Source: a virus
Lineage: Duplodnaviria; Caudoviricetes
Length of the DNA: 54,619 nt
Virus record (IMG/VR): IMGVR_UViG_3300042317_000583
Span: 1-54,619 of that record
Direction: 5' to 3' (one strand)
The position numbers were made by a program, and so were the translations under genes. The notes beneath the pieces were generated by a model. It did no database searches and was not told where the DNA came from. It was given only the letters and a program-made list of their open reading frames with translations. Of this stretch, positions 1 to 9,618 are shown piece by piece (positions within the stretch are counted from its first letter, which is position 1; every line of letters begins with the position of its first letter).

Positions 1-127
1 TCCCTCGGTCGGCGTCTCGCCGCGGTCGCACTGGTACGACCAGAACCACTTCAGTCCGGGTCGAGCGGACTGCCGCATGGCGTCAAGCCGATCCCACGAC
101 CCGCGGTCCACAGACAGGTGGACAAAG
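1..127. repeat. Direct terminal repeat (copy 1), circular assembly overlap
   Basis: Bases 1-127 are identical to 54493-54619, and an ORF reads through the junction in frame. Confidence 0.97.
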
Positions 128-564
128 ACGTTGTCGGCCGGAGCGATGCGGGAGGCAAGGACTGGCTTTCGGGTCACGATCCACTGTGGGATCGCGGCCA
201 TGAGCGGCGCAGCTTTGTTGATGCACTCGACCGATTCGGGGAACAGGTCGCCCCCGCCGTTCCACCGCACGAACGACAGGCCCAGCCGGACGGCCCATCT
301 GGCAATCATAGAGCCGGCGACATCGGGATACTGCTTGACCGTGTTCATGAGCCGGTGCTGCTTCCGCAGACTCGCCGTCCACGTTGACGGCCCGCGAGTA
401 AAGTAGCATCGCTTGCCGCACACCTCGGTCGGCGTGCACGTCCCGATGATCGGGAAGTTCAAGCTGTACCCTGTAACCTTGTTGGTCGAGAACGGGTTCT
501 CCCCGTGCGCGAGCACGTCGCCATTGTCCGGCACGTCTTTGCTAGCGAGCGTTGCGACCGACAT
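1..564 (-). CDS. Gp88-like, radical-SAM-related Cys-rich protein, 5' part (continues across the junction to the stop at 54322; about 244 aa total)
   Basis: Manual translation from ATG 564: MSVATLASK...GTCTPTEVCGKRCYF...VRWNGGGDLF...WIVTRKP...HLSVD, in frame with track ORF 54322..54603. Confidence 0.7.
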   Translation of the reverse strand, partial: MSVATLASKDVPDNGDVLAHGENPFSTNKVTGYSLNFPIIGTCTPTEVCGKRCYFTRGPSTWTASLRKQHRLMNTVKQYPDVAGSMIARWAVRLGLSFVRWNGGGDLFPESVECINKAAPLMAAIPQWIVTRKPVLASRIAPADNVFVHLSVDRGSWDRLDAMRQSARPGLKWFWSYQCDRGETPTEG

Positions 565-583
565 TTTGCATCCTTGCAAAAGT

Positions 584-622
584 GCCCCGCCGGGTGCGGA
601 GGTGCGATACACCCGGCGGGGC
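584..622. promoter_or_regulatory. GC-rich hairpin in the leader of the Gp88-like gene
   Basis: GCCCCGCCGGGTG ... CACCCGGCGGGGC inverted repeat. Confidence 0.45.
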
Positions 623-673
623 GGCAGGAGCCATCCATGGCTGCGAAAGTGTTGTGTACCCTAACAATGAGCG

Positions 674-1045
674 TCAGGCAATACCTAGAAACTCCCGCAC
701 TCGCTCCTTCATGAAGGTGCTCTTACCCTCTTTCGCGTACCACTCCAGATACTCTTTACCCTCGCGAGTTGTCGCAACTTCTAATATCTTGCGACCCGAG
801 TACCGCCCGGTCCTGAACTCATGGACTCCGTTCCCGCTGCCGGCCGGTGCCGATGGCCTGTCCTGCACCGGAGGCGAGTACCTCCTCCTCAAGTTGCAAT
901 ACACGCACGACAGCGACCACTGCCACTCGTTGTTGTCCATGACAACGTACGCCGAGCCGCCGCACCGCTCGCACTCCCCGGCGTCGAGCACCAGAGTATC
1001 CGCGGACTCGACCGGCTCGTCCCTGTTCACGATGCGTGCCATCAT
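674..1045 (-). CDS. Zinc-ribbon protein with a DUF3820-like C-terminal domain
   Basis: CERC...CVYC; FRTGRYSGRKILEV...YLEW. Confidence 0.6.
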   Translation of the reverse strand: MMARIVNRDEPVESADTLVLDAGECERCGGSAYVVMDNNEWQWSLSCVYCNLRRRYSPPVQDRPSAPAGSGNGVHEFRTGRYSGRKILEVATTREGKEYLEWYAKEGKSTFMKERVREFLGIA

Positions 1046-1335
1046 GCTCCGTACCTCACTCTCGCGTAGCCGACCTTCCGGGACATGGTCTCCAGTTCGG
1101 ACCAGCCCGCCCTGATCTCCGCGCACCGTTCCTCAATCTCGCTGGGAGAAGGGTCCGGGGCCTTCGACCCGAGCCGCAGGTCGTTCCTGACATGCGGCCG
1201 CTTCCCGAGCTTCAGCAGTCGAGCCGTAGTGTCCAGCTTCGACCTCGACCATCCGATCTCACGGGCGATCTCCTCAGTCCGCATTTCGCTTGCCCACAGA
1301 ACAGCCAGATCAAATGGTTCCACCTTTTTGATCAT
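1042..1335 (-). CDS. GcrA-like HTH protein with a DPxPxEIxER motif
   Basis: LW...EEIAREIG...LKL; DPSPSEIEERCAEIRAGWS; paralogue at 52770-53102. Confidence 0.55.
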   Translation of the reverse strand: MIKKVEPFDLAVLWASEMRTEEIAREIGWSRSKLDTTARLLKLGKRPHVRNDLRLGSKAPDPSPSEIEERCAEIRAGWSELETMSRKVGYARVRYGA

Positions 1336-2987
1336 CACAAAACCTCCATGCGATGTGTGTTCCACCGTCCCTCGTTCACCACAACGAGCCGCCGACGAGC
1401 CCGCGTCACTGCCACGTACGTGACCCTGCACTCCTCGTCATGCTGCTCCGTTGACTCCATCCCGGCCGCCACCCTAACGCCCGTAGTTGTCAGGAGGGCG
1501 ACGTTGTCCGCCTCCGCCCCCTTGACCGAATGAATTGTTCCGACGCGGACGCCCGGGTTCGCCGCTGTGTCCACGCCCCACTTCTTTGCTGCCCGAACGA
1601 AATGCTCGCCGTAGTCGCAAAGCTCCGCCCATCGCCCGCAGGCGATCATGTCCCGCAGTTCCGGGGAGCAGCCAAGCTCCTCCAAGTCCCGCGGGAAGAT
1701 CGCGTCCCACCGCTCGGCCACGTCCGGTCTGGCGAACGCCGCCTTTGTGCCCCGCTTCAGCATGACGGCACCGTCCCGGCGACGGCTCGGCAGGGCTTCC
1801 AAAACTCGGGCCCAGTCTTCGCCGCTCACGCCCTCGCCGCGCTCAAGGGACCAGAGAGCCTTAAACCCCTGCGTCCGGGCCGTGAGCCCCGGCGGAGACT
1901 TCGTAGAGCGAAACGGGATGCCGCGTTCTGCGAGAGCCCCCATATACCGCTGCGCCTGAAAGTTTGTTCTGGCGATCAGCAGCCACGACTGATCCCCGCG
2001 GACTTCGTCGCACGCCTCGTCAATGCTGCCGCGTTCGTCAATCACGCCGTCGTGATCGGCCGGAGCGATGCCGCGGTCAAAGTACCCGCGGTGCATTCTT
2101 CTCAAGCACTGCTCCCCGAGCTCAAGGATCGGACGCGGGCAGCGGTAGCTCTTTGGCATGATCCGCTCCTTGTGGGCGGGCCAGCCGAGGAAGCAGTCCG
2201 CGTTGGACCCGGCGAATCCATAGATAGCCTGAAACGGGTCGCCCACGACGTAGGCCCACTTCACGCTGGGTGCCGAGACGAGCCGCTTGCATACCGCGTC
2301 AAGCAGCGGGCTCGCATCCTGCTGCTCGTCAAACAGCCATGCCTGAACGGCCGGCGGCTCCCCCTCCGGCTCGCTCTCGGAGATGCCGTACTTCGGCAGG
2401 ACTCGCAGGCCGGCGAACCGGAGCAGCATGTCACTGAAGTCGGCGCGACCGTCAATCCGCTTCGCCGACTCGTACTTGTCGCATACCCTAACAATGGCAC
2501 CGATGTCCGGCACGTTGTCGTCCACGATCCGAGCCAGCCGCACCACGTCCTCAATCGGCCGGAGGGTTGCCCGCGCCAACTCCCAGCAGTTCAGTGCCGA
2601 CGCCACCACCGGGTCCCCGCGGAACGTAGCCTTGCCTGTGTCCTCGTCTATCTCGGCGTGGACCGACACGCCCATCACGTTCGCCAGCCACTCGACGTCC
2701 GCCTTGGAGTCGGTGCGGACCAGTTGCTCAGACGTGACCCCGAGCAGCCGGTACACGATGCTGTGAACAGTCCTGAACCACCCGTCCTTGGTCAGCACGG
2801 TGGAGGGGACGCCCCACGCAAGGCTCGCCCGCTCCGCCGCCTCCTCCCGAGCCGCCCGGGTAAAGCTGGCGAAGCCGAGAGCCATCACGTCGCCCCCAAG
2901 CTTGTCCCGGGCACCCGTCATAATCGACAGGAGTTCGGTCGTCTTGCCTGTCCCAGCCCCGCCGATAAGTCGTCCCAACTGCGTCAT
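1335..2987 (-). CDS. UvrD/Rep-like SF1 helicase
   Basis: GGAGTGKT, FTRAA, DEQQD, VGDPFQAIYGF, SYRCP, TIHSVKGAE, YVAVTRAR. Confidence 0.92.
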   Translation of the reverse strand: MTQLGRLIGGAGTGKTTELLSIMTGARDKLGGDVMALGFASFTRAAREEAAERASLAWGVPSTVLTKDGWFRTVHSIVYRLLGVTSEQLVRTDSKADVEWLANVMGVSVHAEIDEDTGKATFRGDPVVASALNCWELARATLRPIEDVVRLARIVDDNVPDIGAIVRVCDKYESAKRIDGRADFSDMLLRFAGLRVLPKYGISESEPEGEPPAVQAWLFDEQQDASPLLDAVCKRLVSAPSVKWAYVVGDPFQAIYGFAGSNADCFLGWPAHKERIMPKSYRCPRPILELGEQCLRRMHRGYFDRGIAPADHDGVIDERGSIDEACDEVRGDQSWLLIARTNFQAQRYMGALAERGIPFRSTKSPPGLTARTQGFKALWSLERGEGVSGEDWARVLEALPSRRRDGAVMLKRGTKAAFARPDVAERWDAIFPRDLEELGCSPELRDMIACGRWAELCDYGEHFVRAAKKWGVDTAANPGVRVGTIHSVKGAEADNVALLTTTGVRVAAGMESTEQHDEECRVTYVAVTRARRRLVVVNEGRWNTHRMEVL

Positions 2988-3125
2988 GTCAGGGAATCTC
3001 CTTCCATATAAGGGTTTTATTCCGGGTTTTCTGTCGCCCTAAGTCACGCGCCCGGGCCGAGTTGCGTCAAGTTGCCAGAAAACCCACGAAATCTGCGCAA
3101 GAAAAACCAACACGCGCCAGAAATC

Positions 3126-4868
3126 CTATATAGAGGGGGAATTGCTCCCGCCCTCCGTGGCCAGCTTCTCCAGCAGTGCCAGTTCCCGCCTCGTCCAGAC
3201 GACGTAGCTGACGGTCTTGCCGCTGCTGTGCTTGTGCTTGCAGTGCCGGAAGTCCCCGTTAGACCCGAACAGGGCGCAGAGCCTCCGCTTGATTGACAGC
3301 CGCTCGCCCTCGCCCAGTCGGTGCTGCCGCTCAATGTCCTCCCACGTCCGGTTCCACGCGAACCAGAGCGTGCTGTCCCCCCGCCACGTCGCCCTCCCGG
3401 TCGGGCAGGGAGCGTCGTCCTCCTGCGGGGGTTGGGCCTGCAAGAGCCTGTCAAGCAGCCAGCTTGCCAGCACGACGTACCGCAAGCTCGACTCACCCGG
3501 CCATTCCTCGTCGGCGTTGTCCATCAGCTTCGACATGAGCCCCCGCACGGCACGCCTCGGACGCCGGCCGGCTCCACCCGGCCGCGCGGGACGCCCGAGC
3601 CACATCTGCCTCCACTGCTCCGGGTTCTCGTTGAGCAGCACCTTCCCGGTACGCTCCAGCACCGCGGACGCCACCTTGGCCGGCACCTCAAACTGAGCCG
3701 TTGTCAGGCTGACGCTGCCGGTCCCGTCCTGCGTGAGAATCTGCCACGCCGGTACGGTAACCCGGTACTCCCGTGGATCGCTGTGCACGATGGTCAGCTT
3801 CCACTCCCCGGGCCACCACTCGGACTCCCCGTTCGGGTCGTTTCGTGGCGGATGGAACGACAGCCCCCAGCGGGTCAGCTTGTTGAACGTCTCGCTCTCC
3901 TCGGCCCCGCCGGCGTCGGCATCTGCCGCGCCCGGTTCCGCGCCCGGTTTGCGCCCGGTTTGCGCCCGGTTTGCCTCCGGGGCATCCGCCCGCTCAATCG
4001 CCGTAGCCGTCTCAATGCCAGCGGCATCGCACTTCCGGCGGTAGGCAATCGCACTGCGGTAGATGTCCCGCACCTCGTCCCGCTCCATCGGCGGACGGCA
4101 CGACTCCTTGTTCACCATCTGCACCTTAAGGAGCAAGTCGGCCTGCTCCTGCGGATCGTCAAGGTTTGGGATGCGGAACGCCTCCCGGACAGCGAACCGG
4201 TAAAGCTCCGAGTTCCTGCTGCCCTCCTTGATCGCTCCGTCCAGCACCCGGCGAGCGGACGGCCGCGGCGTGCGGCCCCCGCCGTCCGGCGACGAGTCGC
4301 CCTCGTTCCAGAGCATCGCCGACAGGCGTTCCGGGAGCGGCTGAAGCTCAACGTCGTCGGGGCTCAAGCCTGCCACCCACTCGTACTGCACTCCACTGTG
4401 ATGCTTGCTTGGGGGCAGGACGCTCTGCGCCGCCGCTCCGCCGCCGCCAATGCGGACCTCCAGCCCCCGCACCTTCCGCACGGCGACCGGAGGCATGCTC
4501 TCGTCCCACGCGAACAGCCGGTGCACCGACCTCGCTGACTTGTAGGTCGGCGTGGCCGACTTCGACAGGTTCAACTCCTCGGCAAACCGGCGACCCTCGT
4601 CCGAGTCGAACTCAACGTCCACGACCCGCGACTGCGGCCCGAGGAGCAGCCCCACGTTCCACGGCGTGTCGTCCTCGTACAGAGACAGCACCGTGTCCTC
4701 ATCGTCGGTGGCTTCAGCCTGCCAGCGACGAGCCACGGGGTGCTTCCCCGGCGTCGGGCAGTCCCGGCTTTTTCCGCAGGTGCAACTGCCATCCGGCCGC
4801 ACCCCATGAAGTCTGACGATCTTCCAGCCCCTCGCGGCGATCCCCGCCGCTGCATTGCTCATGTGCAT
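3126..4868 (-). CDS. Bifunctional primase/polymerase (Prim-Pol) with PriCT-like domain
   Basis: CTCG...CPTPGKHP, NVGLLLG, VDVEFD, VHRLF, VLPPSKH, EGSRNSEL; AGGAG RBS before ATG 4868. Confidence 0.85.
   Translation of the reverse strand: MHMSNAAAGIAARGWKIVRLHGVRPDGSCTCGKSRDCPTPGKHPVARRWQAEATDDEDTVLSLYEDDTPWNVGLLLGPQSRVVDVEFDSDEGRRFAEELNLSKSATPTYKSARSVHRLFAWDESMPPVAVRKVRGLEVRIGGGGAAAQSVLPPSKHHSGVQYEWVAGLSPDDVELQPLPERLSAMLWNEGDSSPDGGGRTPRPSARRVLDGAIKEGSRNSELYRFAVREAFRIPNLDDPQEQADLLLKVQMVNKESCRPPMERDEVRDIYRSAIAYRRKCDAAGIETATAIERADAPEANRAQTGRKPGAEPGAADADAGGAEESETFNKLTRWGLSFHPPRNDPNGESEWWPGEWKLTIVHSDPREYRVTVPAWQILTQDGTGSVSLTTAQFEVPAKVASAVLERTGKVLLNENPEQWRQMWLGRPARPGGAGRRPRRAVRGLMSKLMDNADEEWPGESSLRYVVLASWLLDRLLQAQPPQEDDAPCPTGRATWRGDSTLWFAWNRTWEDIERQHRLGEGERLSIKRRLCALFGSNGDFRHCKHKHSSGKTVSYVVWTRRELALLEKLATEGGSNSPSI
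3928..3972. repeat. Tandem GCGCCCGGTTT repeats inside the primase gene
   Basis: One 12-bp variant followed by three exact 11-bp units. Confidence 0.8.
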
Positions 4869-4896
4869 GACAAACGCTCCTGTTTTGACTTCCGTG

Positions 4897-4949
4897 ACAA
4901 AAGGCCGGTGCCCCGGGCGAGGAGGACAAGTCACTCGCCCGGGGCCGGC
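4897..4949 (-). terminator. Putative intrinsic terminator or attenuator upstream of the primase
   Basis: GCCCCGGGCGAG/CTCGCCCGGGGC stem followed by CTTTTGT on the minus strand. Confidence 0.5.
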
Positions 4950-4987
4950 ATCACGGCGGGCAGCGGCCCGCCGGAGGACACTCACAC

Positions 4988-5761
4988 TCAGTCGTCCACG
5001 GCAACCCGGGACTCGCTCACCGACTTGCTCAGTGGCAGCGTGTAGCTGTCCCTGACGATCGCACCCTCCTCCGTCGAGAGCGTCCGAATGAGCTTCGGGA
5101 CGATCTGCGAGTAGGGCTGTCCGCCCTTGTTGAACACCTTCTCCAGCCGCAGGCTCACGACCGTCTGGAAGTAGGGCACTCCGAGACTGCTGATCCGCTT
5201 CACGAACTGCGTCACGGTCTTGAGAGAACCCGGCCCTGCGTTGATGAGCAGCGGCAGGATTTCCTCGTTCCGCAGGATCGCCAGCAGCCGGCTCTCCTTC
5301 GCACGCTTCCCGCGGCCACCGGACCCGGACCCGAACTGGGTGTACGCCAGCCGCTTCCAGTCATAGGTCCGATCCCCGGTCCTCGCCTCCTCCAGCACGG
5401 CGGGGTCGAGGTCGCCGAGGTCATCCGACACCCGGGTTCCGACCTCAAAGTCGTGCGTGACGATGACCGGAGAGCGGCCCTGCTCGGGCTGCTCGCTCGG
5501 CCAGATCACGCCCTGCATGGCGACCAGTGCAAGGATGCCGCTGACCTCCTTGCACGTCTCCTCCTCGCCGCGAGCGTTCATGAACGCCCACGTCGTCGCA
5601 CCGCCGGCCGGGATCGGGACGCGGATCAGGTCCGCGGCCGACATCCCGGCACCGCCGGTGTTCCACTTCAACGCCTCCGCCACGCCAGAGCCGTCCCGGA
5701 GGGCGAGGAACGTGTCCACGCCCTGATCATCACCAGCCACCGCCAACTCGTTCTTGCTCAC
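4988..5761 (-). CDS. Putative ssDNA-binding or recombination protein
   Basis: IPAGG..W, QFGSGSGGRGKRAKESRLL, PLLI..PGSLK motifs typical of phage replication-module proteins; GTG start with AAGGAG. Confidence 0.55.
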   Translation of the reverse strand: MSKNELAVAGDDQGVDTFLALRDGSGVAEALKWNTGGAGMSAADLIRVPIPAGGATTWAFMNARGEEETCKEVSGILALVAMQGVIWPSEQPEQGRSPVIVTHDFEVGTRVSDDLGDLDPAVLEEARTGDRTYDWKRLAYTQFGSGSGGRGKRAKESRLLAILRNEEILPLLINAGPGSLKTVTQFVKRISSLGVPYFQTVVSLRLEKVFNKGGQPYSQIVPKLIRTLSTEEGAIVRDSYTLPLSKSVSESRVAVDD

Positions 5762-5804
5762 AAAGCACTCCTTGGTGCAGCGCACCATAACAATTGGGTA
5801 CCAA

Positions 5805-6305
5805 TCAACCGCGCGCCGCACTGTGCAGCGAAGCGGACCTGAACTCCTGAACCAGACCCTCAAACGGCGTGCCATCGGCCAGCCGTGCGTCACCGGAGAC
5901 GCCCTTGTTCTTCGCCTGTTCCTTCAGCCACGCCTTGAGCGTGCCTGTCAGCACCGTGCGAATCTCGTCAGCCATGCTGACGCCGTCCTCATCAACAACA
6001 GTCGCCGCAGCCGCCAGCACCTTGTCACGGTTCTCCTTCAGCACCGAGATGCTCACGTCCTCCTGCACCCACCACGTCCTGTCGTGGGCGATCGCACCGT
6101 CGAGCCCAGCGAGCTTAAGCAGGTCAATGCACTTGACCTCAAGCTCGTCGGCCTCCTTGCCGAGCTTCTTGGCAAGGGCAGACGCTTCCGTGGCCTGCTT
6201 CTTCTTGTCCATAAGCTCCTTGAACTTCGCCTGAAGTGCCGGCAGCACCGGCCCCTCAGTCGCACCGTCCAGAGACGCCGCCAGCGCGGCTCCTGCCTCG
6301 GTCAT
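5805..6305 (-). CDS. Replication-module hypothetical protein (coiled-coil N-terminus, TLKAWLKE motif)
   Basis: Lies between SNF2 and SSB-like genes; overlapping stop/start. Confidence 0.6.
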   Translation of the reverse strand: MTEAGAALAASLDGATEGPVLPALQAKFKELMDKKKQATEASALAKKLGKEADELEVKCIDLLKLAGLDGAIAHDRTWWVQEDVSISVLKENRDKVLAAAATVVDEDGVSMADEIRTVLTGTLKAWLKEQAKNKGVSGDARLADGTPFEGLVQEFRSASLHSAARG

Positions 6306-7687
6306 TCCGAGTCCTCCTCATTGGAATCAACCCTTTTCGTGAGGCGGTCCACGACCGCCTGAACCACGTTCTTCCGCTCCCTCAGAGCGGCGTACACATC
6401 CTGATCGACCGTGCCCTTGGCAACGAGGTGGTAGTACCGACAGCACCTCGTCTGCCCCGGGCGGCGCAGCCTCGCAAGGCTCTGCTCGTAGTCCCCGAGC
6501 GACCACGACATTGAGTAGTAGACCGCGTAGCAGGCCCGGGTCAGGTCGATCCCGACTCCGCCGGAGGCAATCTGCACGGCGAGGACAGTCGTGTCTCCAC
6601 CCTGCCATCGCTCCAGAGTGTTCTCGTTTCCGCTGACCTCGCTGCTTGTCCGGCCGAGCCGCCGCGCCGCCGCGTGCACCTCTTGGATGTCCGCCGCGAA
6701 CCGGCAGAACACGACCACCGGCTCGTTGACCGGCAAGTCCTCCATCCACTCCTCAAGTGCCGACGCCTTGCTCGGCGTGCCATCCACAAGCTGCGTCCCG
6801 CCGATGGCGTCCGACGCCGGGAGGTAGCCGCCCGTCAACTGCCCGAGCCGGAGAAGCTTGGTCAGCGTGTTCGCCGCCACGACTTCTCCCCTCTCAAGCA
6901 GTGCCACGCAGTTCTCCTCCAAGTCGCGGTACGCCCGCATGATCTTCGCCGAGAGCTTGACCTCAATCGTTTCGTGGATCGCGTCTGGCAGGTCAAGCAC
7001 CTCGTCCGCCGCAGCCCGCCATGCGTTGCGGTCCAGCTTGGACGTCAACTCGTCCATGTTCCGCCACGACCGGACCTTGCTCTGAAACACCGGGTCGGTG
7101 TCTGCGTACCGCGACCGCATCCTGACGATGGACGTGCCGAACACCGTAGGGTCGAGGAACCGGAACTGGCCGAACAGGTCGAGCGGCGAGTGCGGCATCG
7201 GCGTTCCGGTCAAGCACAGCCTCCGGGCCTTCGGGTGCTTCCTCGAAAGCTCGTAGAGCCAGCGAGACGCCCTGCCCATCGCGGCCTTGATGCGGTGGCT
7301 CTCGTCAAGGACGATGGCATCCCACTGCACCTGCGTGATGACTTCCGCCAGCCCCTTCCGCCAGACGGCCTCGTAGTTCACGACGACCGCCAGCTTCCCG
7401 CCCCGGGCCAGTGCCTCCGTCAGCAGTTGCCCCCGCTTCGCAACGGAGTGCCGCGTCAGGTTCAGCACGAAACGCCCCGGGTCAAACATCCGGTGCTGCT
7501 TGACCCACGCCGGCCCCACGGCCGGCGGGCAGCAATACAGCACCACGTTCGCGTCGGCCACGGCGAGGATGGCCGCGCCGCTCTTTCCGACTCCCATGTC
7601 CGCGGCGAACATCCCGGACTGCCGGGATGCGTACCACTCAATCATGCTGACCTGATGACCCCACGGCTTGACGGCTTCCATAGTCAT
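6302..7687 (-). CDS. SNF2-family (SF2) helicase
   Basis: ADMGVGKS, DESH, LTGTP, GIDLT, QSLARLRRPGQ. Confidence 0.93.
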   Translation of the reverse strand: MTMEAVKPWGHQVSMIEWYASRQSGMFAADMGVGKSGAAILAVADANVVLYCCPPAVGPAWVKQHRMFDPGRFVLNLTRHSVAKRGQLLTEALARGGKLAVVVNYEAVWRKGLAEVITQVQWDAIVLDESHRIKAAMGRASRWLYELSRKHPKARRLCLTGTPMPHSPLDLFGQFRFLDPTVFGTSIVRMRSRYADTDPVFQSKVRSWRNMDELTSKLDRNAWRAAADEVLDLPDAIHETIEVKLSAKIMRAYRDLEENCVALLERGEVVAANTLTKLLRLGQLTGGYLPASDAIGGTQLVDGTPSKASALEEWMEDLPVNEPVVVFCRFAADIQEVHAAARRLGRTSSEVSGNENTLERWQGGDTTVLAVQIASGGVGIDLTRACYAVYYSMSWSLGDYEQSLARLRRPGQTRCCRYYHLVAKGTVDQDVYAALRERKNVVQAVVDRLTKRVDSNEEDSE

Positions 7688-7968
7688 GCCACCTCCTCGG
7701 TCGTGAGGCTTTCGTGCATCACCTCGTCGCGGAGCTTGTCGATCTTCGCCTGCAGTTCGCCGATCTGGCGAACCATCCCCTTGATCACGTCGTCTGCGGC
7801 TCTGGCCTTGGTGGCGTGCCATCGGTCGTTCAGCGGCACAAGCGAGTCGTACCACCGCACCAGCGGCACCCCGTCAACCACGATCTCGCTGACCGTGCCC
7901 TCGTCAAACCAGTAGGTCCCGGGCTGCAATCCAACGTATGCCCGGTAGACCTTCGTGCCCTTGTCCAT
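7684..7968 (-). CDS. Hypothetical protein
   Basis: GAGGAC RBS, ATGA overlap with SNF2. Confidence 0.65.
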   Translation of the reverse strand: MDKGTKVYRAYVGLQPGTYWFDEGTVSEIVVDGVPLVRWYDSLVPLNDRWHATKARAADDVIKGMVRQIGELQAKIDKLRDEVMHESLTTEEVA

Positions 7969-8049
7969 CTCTCTGTCCTCCATGCTTTCAGTAGGCGTCA
8001 GGTACGCCGCGGCTCGCTCCAAGCGGCCGCAGCGTACACTAACAATAGG

Positions 8050-9021
8050 TCACTTCGTCAATGCCAGAGCCGCCGAGAATGCGTTCTCCTTCAGTCGAGC
8101 CGCCGAGCCGAACAGGACGGATGACACCCTGTTGTCCCTGCGGTTCTCCGCCGACGTGCCGCGGGTGCCCATCCCGTGATCCGCGTACTCGGACACCGCG
8201 TTGTAAGCGGTCCACGCGGAGAACCGTCCGTCGAGCCCCGAGTTCCTCTCGTTGTGGAGCATCGCGTAGAACGATCCCACCACCCGCTCGACGCCGCGGT
8301 CAGACAGTGCCGATGGGACGACCGACCGGAAATAGCCCTCGACGGCACCCGTATCCATCGCGTGCCTCGCCAGAGCCTCGACCTGCTCCTTGAACAGGTC
8401 GTGCCTCTGTTCGATGATCCCGAGGCAGTCCCGAGCCCGGGAGACTCGTTGCGACAGCGGCTCCGCCCGGTGGATGAGCCGGACCATGGCCGACCCGGCC
8501 GACAGCGACTCGGCGAGCCGGAGCGTGTTGGCACACACCACCCGGATCGACGTGGGGAACAACGTGAGAGCCTTCGTCCCGTCGTGGCCGTTCACGACCA
8601 GCACGTACTGCTCCAGAATGTCCCTGTCCGTCACCCGGATCACCTTCGGCAGCTTCGCCAGCATGAACACATGCCGTCCGCCGCGGAGAGCCCCGGCGGT
8701 ATGCCAGTGCGCCAGTCCTTCCCCGGCGATGCTGTCCATCCATCCAAACGCCTCGCTGTTCTGGAGCGGTGCGTACTTGTGCCCCACGCAGCCGAGGACG
8801 GCCCCGGTGTCCGACCGGACCACAGCCCGGTGCGACGGCACTTCGATGCCACTGAGCGTCGTCAGGTGTTGCGTCTGCACCTCCCAGTCGAGCCCCGCCA
8901 GCTTGATAGCGTCGGCACTGGTCTGAGCCGAGTCCACAACCTGTCCGAGTCCGTGCCACGCCTGACTTCCGACCGCCATGAACGCGGCCCTTCCTGTCGT
9001 CTGGTCAATTTCATGAGCCAT
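8050..9021 (-). CDS. DUF932 (phage/plasmid-like TIGR03299) protein
   Basis: MAHEI, AWHGLG, AGLDWEV, QNSEAF, TAGALRGG, NGHDG, RVVCANTL, W.AYNAV.EY.DH. Confidence 0.88.
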   Translation of the reverse strand: MAHEIDQTTGRAAFMAVGSQAWHGLGQVVDSAQTSADAIKLAGLDWEVQTQHLTTLSGIEVPSHRAVVRSDTGAVLGCVGHKYAPLQNSEAFGWMDSIAGEGLAHWHTAGALRGGRHVFMLAKLPKVIRVTDRDILEQYVLVVNGHDGTKALTLFPTSIRVVCANTLRLAESLSAGSAMVRLIHRAEPLSQRVSRARDCLGIIEQRHDLFKEQVEALARHAMDTGAVEGYFRSVVPSALSDRGVERVVGSFYAMLHNERNSGLDGRFSAWTAYNAVSEYADHGMGTRGTSAENRRDNRVSSVLFGSAARLKENAFSAALALTK

Positions 9022-9082
9022 TGCACACTCCCTTTCTTAGCCACTGCGGCTTGTTTGTGAACACTAACAACTGAACCGTAGC

Positions 9083-9110
9083 ATCTTACACGACTGAAAA
9101 CATATGTCAA
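9083..9110 (-). promoter_or_regulatory. Sigma70-type promoter for the DUF932 gene
   Basis: TTGACA-16 bp-TAAGAT. Confidence 0.6.
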
Positions 9111-9325
9111 CGGGTGCGGCGAGAATTTTGGTCCGCCCCAGCCATGGCCGCAGCCGCATCGCCCACTTCAATGAGAGCGAGAGCGAGCCGCCTGACGGGC
9201 GACTCGTACTTGCCGTATTCCCGGGCGATGCTGCTCGGGTATCGCAGCGTAGGGCGAGCCTGCGAGCCGACGATGACACCCGCAGCCAACGCCACCAGAA
9301 CAGCCAGAGTCAGTCCGTACTTCAT
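9107..9325 (-). CDS. Small protein with an N-terminal hydrophobic segment
   Basis: AGGAG RBS, ATGA overlap. Confidence 0.5.
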   Translation of the reverse strand: MKYGLTLAVLVALAAGVIVGSQARPTLRYPSSIAREYGKYESPVRRLALALIEVGDAAAAMAGADQNSRRTR

Positions 9326-9618
9326 GACTTTCTCCTTGCTTCAGCGCGTTTGATCTTCCGCTCCTGCTTCTTCCGACGCCGCTGCATCATCCGCTCCGCC
9401 CGGTCGCCCAGCCACGCGGCGAGCCCGGTCGCCTCCTCAGCGGTCATGAGGATGACCGACTCCTCCGGCGGCGCGGCGTTCCCGCGGTACCCGGGACGCA
9501 CCCCGACCGCAATTACGTCTTCCAGACCGTAGCTGCCTTCAAGCTCCCTCGCGTGAATAAACGCTGGCAGGAAGCATGCCTGCGTCTGCCGCCTGTAGAA
9601 GTCTCGCCTGATAGCCAT
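9322..9618 (-). CDS. Hypothetical protein with a basic C-terminus
   Basis: AGGAGG RBS, TAATG coupling. Confidence 0.6.
   Translation of the reverse strand: MAIRRDFYRRQTQACFLPAFIHARELEGSYGLEDVIAVGVRPGYRGNAAPPEESVILMTAEEATGLAAWLGDRAERMMQRRRKKQERKIKRAEARRKS

Noticed and set aside
1-127. Biological direct terminal repeat
   Set aside because: It cuts through an ORF and its 127-bp length matches a common assembler k-mer, so it is best read as a circular overlap
1530-3011. Long + strand ORFs (also 3321-4538, 6674-7915, 38895-40289 and others)
   Set aside because: Antisense shadows of well-supported minus-strand genes in GC-rich DNA, with no motifs
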